DNA from: Chthoniobacteraceae bacterium
GTDB taxonomy: Bacteria > Verrucomicrobiota > Verrucomicrobiia > Chthoniobacterales > Chthoniobacteraceae
Assembly (NCBI GenBank): GCA_040081625.1
Contig: JBEBGD010000012.1
Coordinates: 1-64,000 of the forward strand
DNA length: 64,000 bases
Direction of reading: 5' to 3'
The notes beneath the pieces were generated by a model. The model was not told the origin of the DNA and searched no databases. It worked only from the letters and a program-made list of their open reading frames with translations. Every line of letters starts with the position of its first letter. Position 1 is the stretch's first letter. This document shows positions 47,501-55,700 of this stretch, piece by piece. A program made the position numbers and the translations under genes.

Positions 47501-50500
47501 GCGCCTGTCTTTGTCGCGTTGATCGTGCCTCCCTCGAGGCTGAGCACGCCAGACGCGCCACCGACGTCGCCGACCGTAATCTGGCCGACGTTCGCCGTGT
47601 TGAGCGCGTTGATCGCGCCGCCGGTCGGGATGATCACTTTCTCGTTCTGAATCACCGTCGCGCCGGTGTAAGTGTTCGCGGCCGCGAGCACGACGGTGCC
47701 GAGTCCGGCGCCGCCGTTGTTATTCCAGAAATCGATGCCGTTCCCGCCGGTGAGCTTCGCGTTCACGGTCAGCGTCGTGCCGCCCATCGTGCCGAAGTCG
47801 CCGCCGTTGCTGACCGCGATCGTGCCAGCGCCGTTGATCGTGCCGCCGGTGGTCGATTGCACCACGAACCCGCCGCCGTTCGCGAGCGTGAGCGCGCCTG
47901 CGCCGATGTCCACGATGCTCGATGCGCCACCATTCACGTTCAGCGTCGTGAACGTGCCGGTGCCGCCGAGCGTGAGCGTGCCGCCCGAAGTCGAGGTGAC
48001 GATCAGCGTGGTCGCCGCGCCGAGGCTGAAGTTGCCGCTCAGCGTCGTGTTGCCCGCGCCGCCGACGACGAGTTCCTTCGCGCCGCTCGTGCCGCCAGAG
48101 ACTGCGCCCGCGGCGGTCAAGGCTGCGCCGTTGTTGGTCACGGTGATCGTCTGCGCGCCAATGGTCCCGCCGACGGCGACCGCGCCGGTGCCGAGGTTCA
48201 GCGCGTTTGTGCCGGTGAAGGCGAAGCTGCCATTCCATGCCTGCGCGTTGTTCGTGCTCAGCGTGAGCGCGCCGCCGCTCGTGTTGTCGAGCGTTCCGCC
48301 GGCGATCGTGAACGTGCCGGTGCCGAGCGCCGCGGCGTGATTGAGATTCAGCGTGCCGGCGGTGAGCGCGGTGCCGCCGCTGTGCGCATTCGCGCGGTCG
48401 AGCGTCGCGCCGTTGTTGAGCACGAGCGCCGCTGTGCCGCTCAGCGCATTGTCCACCGTCTCGGTGAATGTGCCGTTCACCGTCACGGTATTCTGGCTGA
48501 TCGCGCCCGCTCCGGTGAGGTTCAGCGTCGCGCTGCCCGCGACAGTCACCGCGGTGTTGCCGAGCGTGCCGCCCAGGTTGATCGTGCCCGCATTGATCAA
48601 CGTCGCGCCGGTGTAGCTGTGCGTGCCGCCGAGAGTCACCGCCGCGGTTCCGTTCTTGATGAACGTGCCGCTGGTGATGCCCGAGTTGCCCGAGGCGCTG
48701 ATCGTGTAGGCGAGGGTCGAGTTGTTGAAGGTCGTGGTCGTCGGCGCGACGCCGCCGGCCTGGACGATGTCCACCGTCGTCGTGCCGGGCGCGCCGCCGC
48801 CGGGGATCGTGTCGGCGAAGAGCACCGTGTCGCCGACGAGGAAATCGGTGTCGGTCAGCGCGGTCTGCAAGCGCCAGTTCGACAGGCCGCCGATGGTCGC
48901 CGTCGTCCAGTTGCCGTTCTGGAGGCCGGTCCACACCGGCAGATCGCCCGCGATGGCGAGCGTGATCGCCGTGCCGCTGTCGCCGAGCATCGCGCTCTGC
49001 CGCGCGCCGAGGCCGGTGATCGCGCCCTTGATGAACGCGCCGAAGCCGCCGGTCCCGCCGATCGTTCCGCCGCCGTAGCTGACGAGTGGGTAAGTGGTCC
49101 CGTTGTCCCACGCGACGTTCGACGCATCGATCAAGACGCTCGAGGCCGCGCCGTTCGCGGCGAGTGTCGTCGTCACCACGCCGGGGGACGTGCCGTTGAG
49201 CAGCAGGTTGAACTTGCCCGCGCCCGAGAAGGTCAGCGCGCCGATCGTGAGTTGCGAACCGGCGGTGCCGTTCCCGTTCACGATCGTGTTCGTCGCGAGG
49301 TCGGCGACGTTCACCGTGTTGATCGTGCCCGTGCCATCGATCGTGCCGTCGGTCAGCGTGACTGTCGGCGAAATCGGGACCGAGCTCGTCTGCACGAGCT
49401 TCACGCCACTGCCACTGAGCGTGATTCCGCTGCTCGTGTTTATCGCGCCGGTCCCGGACATCTGGAGCGTGCCGGCACTCACCGTCGTCGCGCCGCCGTA
49501 AGTGCTCGTGCCGCTCAGGCTGAGCTTGCCCGCGCCAGTCTTGGCGATGCCCAAGCCGGCGGTCTGTCCGGAAATCACGCTCGTGACGCTGAGGTCCACG
49601 CCGCTGGCGGTCGTGCCCAAGGCCGTATTGAAGGTCAGCGCGTTGGCGTCGCGGATGACGAGATTGGCGCTGACGCTCGAGGTGGTCGCGCTGGCGAGCG
49701 AGGCGATGCCGAAGCCGGTGGAGAAGTTGATCGCGCCACCGCCGGTGGAAGTGACGCTGCCGCCGGTGAGATTGAAATTGCTGATGTAACCGTTGTTGCC
49801 AGCCACGCTGTTGTTAAACGTGCCACCGTTGACGTTCACGGTCGTCACGCTCGTGCCGCCGGTGAAGCCGAGCGCGTCGGTCGCCGTGGTGTTGACGAAA
49901 GCCCCGGAGTTGATGGTGAGGACACCGCGAACGGGGCCAGCAGCCCCGCCGACGCCGAGGGCGAGCGTGCCGCTATTAACGGTCGTGCCGCCCGTGTAGG
50001 TGCCGACGCCGGTGAGCGTGGTCGTGCCGGTGCCGGTGCTGCTGATGAAAGTCATGCCGCCGCTGGTGTTGGCGGCGGTCGTCGGCGTGCCGAGCGTGGC
50101 CGCCGTGGCGCCTGTTCCGAGTCCACCCAGGAGCGCGACGGTCGGTGCCGAGGTGTAGCCCACGCCGGGATTCGTGATGGTGATCCCAGTCACCACTCCG
50201 CCCGAGACATTCGCGATGGCCGTGGCTCCAGTGCCGCCGCCGCCGGTGATCGTGACGATCGGCGTGTCGATGTAACCCGCGCCTCCCGCCGTGACCGGCA
50301 CAGTCGCCAGTCCATCCCCAGTCGGCGCCAGGAGAGGCTGCGCGAAGGCGATGGCGAGCCCATTGCTATCGATCGTGCTGTTGGCATTCACGTAGGCGGT
50401 GGTGTTCGCCAGCGCCGCCATCAACGTGCCCGCCGCCGTCCCCTTGAGCGTGCCGCCGTTGAAGTTGAGGCGATAGACGCCGGTGCCCGTTCCCTTGGTG

Positions 50501-52587
50501 ATCGAGTTGGTGTTCAGGCTGCCGCCGAGCAGGTTGACGTTGCCCGCGACCGAGGTGGCGTTGCCCGCGAACTGCGTGTTGCCGATGTTGACCGCGGCCG
50601 CGCCGGAGACATTGAGCGTGCCGGTGCCGTTCTCGCCGACGAAGACGCCGGTGGCGCTGGTGAATGTGCCGCCGGAAAAGCTCGCGACGCCAATGGACGC
50701 GTTATTGCCCGCGCCAATCGTCATGCGGTTTGAACTGACCGTGATGGTGCCGCCGGACTGGTTCAAGACACCGCGGCTATTGGTGCCGCCGACGACCATC
50801 CAAGTCCCAGAAACCAGATTCCCACCGCTGACGCTGAACGCGCCGTAGTTGCCCGAGCCATCCGCAATGGCCAGGGCCTGATTGTTCGCCGCGCCAATCG
50901 ATCCGCCGGTGAGCGCAATCGCGCCATTCTCCACCGACAACCGGTCCAGGTTGGTATCGCTGGCGCCGCTGAGCGTGAGCAGCCCAAGACCTTGCTTCAC
51001 AAAGCCCAATCGCACCGTCCCCGAGAAGTTCTTGATCGCGCCGGAGTGTGAGGTGTTTCCGGGCTGATTATTGAAGACCCACCTCGAGTTGCCGCCCCCA
51101 TGCTCAAGATTGCCGGCACCTGACAAACCGCCGAGAGTGACGTCCGCCGACACCAGGACTTTGCCGGCCTGGATGTCGAGGATGCCCGCAGTGGTCGTCG
51201 CGTTGTTCGTCGTGCTGGTCAAGGTCAGCGTCCCCGCGCCTGCCTTGCTGAGGTTCACGCCCGCGGCCGTCGTGAAATTGTTGGCCGTGAGCGTGCCCGC
51301 GCTGACCGTGAGCGTGCGCGTCCCCGCCGCCCCACCCAGGGCAATGGTGCCGCCGTTCAAGCTCAGGTTGTTCGTGCCGGTGAAAATGAGATCGGCGTTG
51401 AGATTGATCGCCTTCGCCGCCGGCGTGGTGATCGCCCCGCCGCTGGTATTGTTGAGCGTGCTGTTGCCCGAAACCGTCAGCGCGCCGGAGCCGAGCGCGC
51501 CCGCGACCCCGAGGTTCAGCGTGCCCGCGCTGAGGATCGTGCCGCCGCCGTAGGTGTTCGTGTTCGAGAGCGTGAGCGTGCCCGCGCCCTGCTTGGTGAG
51601 GCTCGACGCATTGCTGATCACGCCTGTGGCCGCGACGGTGCCGCCCGCGGCGACCTGGATGCGCAGCGGCGAGTCGAGGAAGACGCCGCCACTGAGAGTG
51701 TTTGTGCCACTGGTGTTCAGCGAATCCACGAGCAGCGCGCCGGAAGTGTTGCCAGTGACGCTGTTGATCGTGCTGCCAAAGGTCTGCCCGCCCGCGAGGT
51801 CGGTGAGCTGGAAGGTCGCGCCGAGCGTGAGATTCTGCGTGCCCGTCGTAGCGAAATCGCCGCCGAGCCGCAGCGCGCTCGTGGTCAGGCTGCCGCCCGT
51901 GTTGAGCTTCAGCGTGCTGCCATTCATCAAATAGAAATCGCCCGACGTGAACGCGCCGCCGATTTCGACTGTGCCCGCCGTCGCCGCCGTGGTCGCGAAA
52001 TATTTCCCCACCGCGCTGACCGTGTTGTTGAATGTCGTCGTCTGCCCCGCGCCGAACATCCGAATGCCGTTCACCGCCGAGCCGTTCACCGTGAGCGTGC
52101 CCGCACTGCCGAAAGTCATGCCGCCGCTCACCGCATTGATTTCCCCCCACGCCGCGCCCGCCGTCGCCGCGAAGGTGACCGGCGCATTGATCGTGACCAA
52201 GCCGGTGCTCTGGTTCTCGAGCTTCGCCTGCACGCCGCCATTGTCGAAGAGCGAGAGCACCGAGCCGCCGGAGCTGTTCAACGTCCACGGACTCGTGCCG
52301 GTCCACAGCAGTTGGTTCATGCTGAAGTTCGTATCGAGGATGTTCGTCGTCCGCAGGCTGCCGGCGAAGGTCAGCGTGCCGTAGCCGGGCAGCGAGTCGT
52401 CGTCCCAGTTGAGCACGTCGCTCCAATTGTCCGTCGTGCCGCCGCCGTCCCAGATGTTCGCCGCGTGTGCGGCCTGCGGAACGAGCAGCGCAGCGGAGCC
52501 GGCGAGCACGCAACGGCTGACGGCACGCGCGAGGTTGCGGCGGCGGGTGGAATTCGGACGGTGGAGTTTGAGAGGGATGCGGTTCAT
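41524..52587 (-). CDS. Giant (3687 aa) autotransporter-associated beta-strand repeat protein with PEP-CTERM sorting signal
   Basis: Signal peptide ending ...PQAAHA; many LTKxGxGTLTLSGxNTYxGGTTVNxGTL repeats; C-terminus VPEPNSIAALCAGLGGLLGLQRFRRRIAR. Confidence 0.93.
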   Translation of the reverse strand: MNRIPLKLHRPNSTRRRNLARAVSRCVLAGSAALLVPQAAHAANIWDGGGTTDNWSDVLNWDDDSLPGYGTLTFAGSLRTTNILDTNFSMNQLLWTGTSPWTLNSSGGSVLSLFDNGGVQAKLENQSTGLVTINAPVTFAATAGAAWGEINAVSGGMTFGSAGTLTVNGSAVNGIRMFGAGQTTTFNNTVSAVGKYFATTAATAGTVEIGGAFTSGDFYLMNGSTLKLNTGGSLTTSALRLGGDFATTGTQNLTLGATFQLTDLAGGQTFGSTINSVTGNTSGALLVDSLNTSGTNTLSGGVFLDSPLRIQVAAGGTVAATGVISNASSLTKQGAGTLTLSNTNTYGGGTILSAGTLNLGVAGALGSGALTVSGNSTLNNTSGGAITTPAAKAINLNADLIFTGTNNLSLNGGTIALGGAAGTRTLTVSAGTLTANNFTTAAGVNLSKAGAGTLTLTSTTNNATTTAGILDIQAGKVLVSADVTLGGLSGAGNLEHGGGNSRWVFNNQPGNTSHSGAIKNFSGTVRLGFVKQGLGLLTLSGASDTNLDRLSVENGAIALTGGSIGAANNQALAIADGSGNYGAFSVSGGNLVSGTWMVVGGTNSRGVLNQSGGTITVSSNRMTIGAGNNASIGVASFSGGTFTSATGVFVGENGTGTLNVSGAAAVNIGNTQFAGNATSVAGNVNLLGGSLNTNSITKGTGTGVYRLNFNGGTLKGTAAGTLMAALANTTAYVNANSTIDSNGLAIAFAQPLLAPTGDGLATVPVTAGGAGYIDTPIVTITGGGGTGATAIANVSGGVVTGITITNPGVGYTSAPTVALLGGLGTGATAATLGTPTTAANTSGGMTFISSTGTGTTTLTGVGTYTGGTTVNSGTLALGVGGAAGPVRGVLTINSGAFVNTTATDALGFTGGTSVTTVNVNGGTFNNSVAGNNGYISNFNLTGGSVTSTGGGAINFSTGFGIASLASATTSSVSANLVIRDANALTFNTALGTTASGVDLSVTSVISGQTAGLGIAKTGAGKLSLSGTSTYGGATTVSAGTLQMSGTGAINTSSGITLSGSGVKLVQTSSVPISPTVTLTDGTIDGTGTINTVNVADLATNTIVNGNGTAGSQLTIGALTFSGAGKFNLLLNGTSPGVVTTTLAANGAASSVLIDASNVAWDNGTTYPLVSYGGGTIGGTGGFGAFIKGAITGLGARQSAMLGDSGTAITLAIAGDLPVWTGLQNGNWTTATIGGLSNWRLQTALTDTDFLVGDTVLFADTIPGGGAPGTTTVDIVQAGGVAPTTTTFNNSTLAYTISASGNSGITSGTFIKNGTAAVTLGGTHSYTGATLINAGTINLGGTLGNTAVTVAGSATLNLTGAGAISQNTVTVNGTFTETVDNALSGTAALVLNNGATLDRANAHSGGTALTAGTLNLNHAAALGTGTFTIAGGTLDNTSGGALTLSTNNAQAWNGSFAFTGTNALNLGTGAVAVGGTIGAQTITVTNNGAALTAAGAVSGGTSGAKELVVGGAGNTTLSGNFSLGAATTLIVTSTSGGTLTLGGTGTFTTLNVNGGASSIVDIGAGALTLANGGGFVVQSTTGGTINGAGTIAVSNGGDFGTMGGTTLTVNAKLTGGNGIDFWNNNGGAGLGTVVLAAANTYTGATVIQNEKVIIPTGGAINALNTANVGQITVGDVGGASGVLSLEGGTINATKTGAPSLLVGAANGATGVFNQSSGTVTTTSEFWLGNFTGAYGAQAMSGGTLTVGSWYVVGLNNDRAVLNQSGGTINVNANRMTIGAGGAGSIGVVNQTGGALTVAAGANTGLFVGENGNGTYNISAGTVTLNTNAGVNSGTIQFAGAASSTVGNFNLNGGTVTAFGVTKGASNAAGVYRFNFGGGTLKANANNAAFFADLALTDAYVNAGGAVIDTNNFNVTIAEPLLAPTGDGVNSVAVTAGGTGYVGTPLVQITGGGGTGATAVANINGSGEVTSITITNPGVGYTSAPTFALLGGGGAGATLDVPVLAANTSGGLTKNGGGTLTLTGANTYTGTTNVNAGTLALGSAGAIGGGGNVTFGGGTLQFSATNTSDLGTRIVNSTGAISIDTNGQSVTFASALAASNSGGLTKLGAGTLTLSSAAAYTGATNLNAGNLSGTGFTGAVTIAAGSTLFFPATGSIGGLLTLSGTGSMVDLQNSALNVVTLGDGLTLNTGNMLDFDIGAGADRFAISGGAFGATGITTLNFADIGVAAGTYNLITGATGISLSNFVSSVATLGGMNLTLGVSGGNTLTLTLSAPGPATAYWKGDQDAFWNTMNAGNSNFDTTQSGGVDTGAVPDATSDVIFAADGATNLDTTLGGDQSVKSLTIATASAVGIGGANTFTIVSSGGITMNSGAGALTISANAVTLGASQAWTNNSSNPVTVSSAINGNAAPAATRTLTFAGSGAGAINITGAIGDGAIGGNVAILVNKSGGSVTFSAQNTFTGGTTVTAGTLVLGHATNTLADAGAVTVNGGTLDIGANSDTVGAVVLNSGSITGTTGVLTGTSYAVESGSISAILGGAAALTKTTAGTVILSADNTYSGGTTISAGTLQIGNAGATGSVVGNITNNAALVFDRTADLTYADVISGTGTVTQNGTNNLTLSAAQTHTGGTTVNAGTLTLSRPNNDGVGNIRGTLTINSGATARLTGNNVLGYNGGAKVETINIVGGLLDNTANGDQGFGHIFNLTGGTMQTNGGVSDAGTPQLYVMANGTAVNTFASATTSTIAGRINLRENNPGGILTFTVADGAAATDLLLSAAVTTGSAGAGMAKSGAGTMTMSGVSNYSGVMNVNAGTLNVPGTLTTTGQVNVGTTAGTNAVMNVDGGTINANKGGVPSLSLGNISGTAGALNLTSGTITAVAEMWVGNVGGAYGAFTQTGGTLNSGGWLPVGRDGVGYFNVSGGTVNVTAQNFTTGSFATVNGSVPTSWGVVHLTGGTVNVTSTAANQGRFIVGEAGAGTLTVAGTAAVNISGAIGLQLAIGGTGSGTVNLNGGTVTTTIVQKGAGTGIVSFDGGTLKAGGNNANFMSGLTAAWVRSGGATIDDGGFAITIGQNLTTPTGNGVSATGLSASGSGYIGAPLVQITGGGGIGASAVATIDGAGNLTGITITNSGVDYTSAPTFTLIGGGGTGNVTGTATLVANTTGSLTKNGAGTATLTGTNTHTGTTINAGTLAAGNDAAVGSGLVTLNGGALGASGTRTLANTVQVNAVAGNGFSTPTGSDLTLTGSITGSGTATKTGDGSLFLSGDNSGFAGTLSTSAGFTRFTTTSAGSASATWDVGATGALTSDIAGSNTIALGAISGSGVIGNNTGVGSLTFSIGGNNADTTFSGVIKDDVFDFPADPVNIVKTGTGTTTFSGVNTYAGPTAINGGTLSISASDNLGNASATNTLSLAGGTLESTGTFDLGSTRAIALGVGGGSFKVTGGNSLTVSGAISGTSGLSKLGTGTLAVSSDNSATFSGPTTISAGTFMASNTGGSATGSGDVTVEANATLGGTGHITGNVIVNADGILSPGASIGTLFTGPLMLNGGSDFQLEINTTTQLADVVRISAATAADGDLTLSGAVSLVVSDAAPGALSLHDHLTFMTYSGDRLGSGFFRVPGFDFDLTDYTGNDATAAYFTLNGTPFAVDYNYNDAAYAGVTSVALVVVPEPNSIAALCAGLGGLLGLQRFRRRIAR

Positions 52588-52688
52588 GGGAGCGGTGGGA
52601 CTGGAGGTTCGGTGGAGCGCAGCCCGAGCGCCGAGGGACGACGCGCGGAGTTCTGCGCGTCGGGATATTCTGCACGAAAGGGTAGTCA

Positions 52689-52711
52689 GCAATTGGCCCA
52701 TTCGGGCCAAT
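52689..52711. promoter_or_regulatory. Shared palindromic motif, copy A
   Basis: ATTGGCCC-ATTC-GGGCCAAT perfect inverted repeat about 100 bp upstream of the giant gene; matches three other upstream regions. Confidence 0.7.
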
Positions 52712-52733
52712 CCCCCCTTGCCGGCTTTAAGCC

Positions 52734-55700
52734 CTATTGGCCGATCAGAATCCGATAAAACCGACGCGGAACCGCCGCATCGCGTGCAATCAGGAAGTCC
52801 ACGGGCTGGCCGTCCCCGCTCACCGGCGCGCCGAGATCGTGCCAGTCGTTTGGCGCCATCGTGTCGGAGTATTGGAGCTGGTAGGTGTGGCTGAGGACGG
52901 TCGTCTCCACGCCGATCACGATGTCGGTTGGCGTCATGCTGATGACCGGCGGACGCATCTCGGCTTCGCTGATCGGCGGCGAGACGGGCGTGGCGCTGGA
53001 CTGATTCGAGGCCGCGCTCTCGCCGCCATCGTTCACCGCCGTGACGACGTAGTAGTAAGTCGTGCCGTTGCCCGCCGCGGTGTCGGTGAAGCTGGCGGTG
53101 GCACTGTTCGCGATCGCCGCAAACGGCCCGCCGCTCGCGGTGCCGCGCCTGATGTTGTAATTCGCCGCGCCCGCCGCCGCATTCCACACGAGCCCGACCT
53201 GCATATTCCCCGCATTCGCGACGAGGCCGGCGGGCGTGGCCGGCGGCGCTTCGAGCAGCGCGAGGAACTCGACCTCCGCCACGTTGCAGAAGCCATTATT
53301 CGGCGAGAGATAACGCACGTAGCGGAAGGCGGTGGCGTTCGTGATCGTCTGCCCGGTCATCGTGTTATCCGGCGGCGCGGTTGCGATGGTGAAGAGCGTC
53401 ACCGCATCGCTGAAATCCGCGGCGTTCGCGCCCTGGAAGACGCCGCCGGGCATCCGGTTCGCAAAGCCCGCGCGCGGGCAGTAGCGCACGCCGAGGATCG
53501 TCCGCGCCGCGCCGCTGCCGAGATCGAGCCCCGCCCAGTCGCCATTGCCATTCGGCGAGTCGAAGAAGGTTGCGAGATCGCCGTCGAACACCGCGGCCCT
53601 GGTCGTGGCGGGATTGTTTTCCCACGAGCCCTCGGTGCCGATGATCGTCCCGCTCAGCGCGCTCGTCGGCGCGCCCGCGGATGGCGTGAGCAGATTCGCC
53701 GCGGGGACGACTTCCTCGGCGAAGCCGGGACCGCTCCACAAAAACTGGATCAAGCCGGGGCCGCCCGTTTCGTTGAAGTCCACCCGGATGTCGTTCAACG
53801 AATCCGCGCCGAGCGTGAGCGTCGCCGTGACAGCCGCTGCGTTGTAAAACCAGCGGTCGATCACGAGCACGCCGTTGACCCACAGCCGCACGCCGTCGTC
53901 GGCGAAGAACTTCAGCGTGTAGCTGCCCGCACCGCGCGCGAGCAGCCGCCCGCGCCAGCGCGCGCTGAAGTTGTCCACGACGACGCTCGGATCGGGGCTG
54001 CCGTTGCCGTAGTTGAAGTTCAGCGTCGCATCCAGGCGCGCGAGCGCGAAGTTGGTGAAGTCGTTGGCGTTGAAATACTCCGCGAGCAGCCCCGTCTGGC
54101 TCGCGCCGAAGACGGACACGCTCACCGGGTCAGACATCGCGCCGCTGCCCGCGTTGTCGATCGCGCGCGCGGTGATCGAGTAAGTGCCCGCCGGCATCCC
54201 GGTCCGCACGTAGCTGTAGGGCGCGGTGAAATCTTCGCCGAACTTCACGCCATTCGCGTAGAACTCCACGCGCGCGACGCTGCCATCCGGGTCACTCGCG
54301 CTCGCGAGCACCTTCAGCGAGCCGCCCGCTGCCGCGAACTCCGGCGACGTGCCGCTCACGTTCACGATCGGCAGTTGATTGCCGCCGCCGGGCGCGACCT
54401 CGCTGATATCGACGTAGCAGACCTTCGCGTTCGCCGCGCCCGCGCCGGGCGCGAGCGTGAGCACGCCATTCGTCACCGCGACGTTCGCGGTGGCCTCGTA
54501 GAAATTCTGTCCCGTCGGAACACCGGTCGTGAGCACGACGCCATTCGCGCTTACGGCCTGCACGCCATCGTTGAACGACGCCTCGCCCGTGACGACGTGG
54601 ACGGAATACGTGCTGTTCGGCAGCGCGATGCTCCACGTGCTCGTGACATCGCCGCCGCCGTGATCCTTCTGCAGGTGATTGAACGTGTCGTAGCGCTGGT
54701 CCGCGTTCGCCTCGCGGTCGCGCGAGTCCGGCGTGTTGTCGCGGCTCCAGCCGTAAGTCAGCCCGTTGCGCGCGGCGTAGGTCGCGCCGGTGTCGGCGAC
54801 GTAACCCGCCGGCACCGCCGACGCGCCGGGCTGGAAGTTGACCTTTGCCTTCACCAGCCCCAAAAGCTCCGTGACGGTCACGGTCACGCTCGCGCTGTCG
54901 GTCGAGTTGTTCACGCCATCGAAAGCCCGCGCGAAGAGCGTGTGCGTGCCGACCGCCGGGTTGTTGAAGGTGTAAGTGAACGGCGCGGTCGTGGCGCCGA
55001 GCAATGTGGCGCCATCGTAAAACTCGACGCGCACGATCCCGTCGGCGTCGCTCGCCGTCGCGGTGAGCGTGATCGGATTCGGCGTGATGAAATTCGCACC
55101 ATTCGCCGGCGCGGTGAGCGCGACCACGGGCGCGGTGTTCGGGGTGAGGCTGTTGATCCAGTCGGCGATCAACTGCGCGCCGGCGTCGTCCACGAGGTTG
55201 CGCGCGATCGGCGGCATCTGGTTCGCGCCGACGCGATTGATTCGGTAGTGCATCACCGAGCGGTCGGTCTCCTGCGGCACCACGACGCGCGGACTGTTGA
55301 GCCCGAGCGCGTCGTTCACGATGCCGTAGATGATGTTCTGGCTCGGGAGCGGCGTGTCGTAGCGCGCGTCCCACAGTGCCGGCACGCCGCCGGGGCGATG
55401 GCAGTTCGCGCAGTTGGTGTCGATGTAACTGCGCGCGCGCTTCTCCAGCGTCTCGCTCGTCTGGTCCACGTGCGCGAGTTTGTCGTAAGTCGGAATGTTC
55501 GCCTCGTTGAGTGTCGTGTCGAACATCCCGATGTGATTGAGCGTGCGCAGTTGGTTGTCGGTCACTCCGCTGCTCGGATAAAGGAAGTCTTTGTTAAACT
55601 GCCGCGTGTTCGGCCCGAGAAATCCGCCGCCGGCGTTGTTGTTGTGGCACGAAGTGCAATCGGTGCGGCTCGGGTAATACCACGGCTGGAGCCGCGTCGT

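Noticed and set aside
41317..50733. 3138-aa plus-strand ORF, and similar long ORFs at 52737-56690, 42197-45427, 31313-33445 and 1643-3109
   Set aside because: These are antisense or off-frame shadows of real high-GC genes. They are Arg/Ala/His-rich with no motifs, while the overlapping frame has clear domains.
41524..52587. Periodic DNA repeats resembling a CRISPR or tandem array
   Set aside because: They are degenerate codons of protein beta-strand repeats. There are no identical repeats with unique spacers and no cas genes.
52689..52711. Shared motif as a sigma-54 promoter (TGGC...TTGC)
   Set aside because: The GG-to-GC spacing does not fit -24/-12, and the motif is palindromic and occurs in both orientations.
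52588..53187. N-terminal extensions in the ORF track (e.g. 53187, 11918, 31631, 2824, 20952, 21737)
   Set aside because: Most overlap neighbouring genes and the others only add motif-less sequence; downstream starts give proper signal peptides or stop/start coupling.
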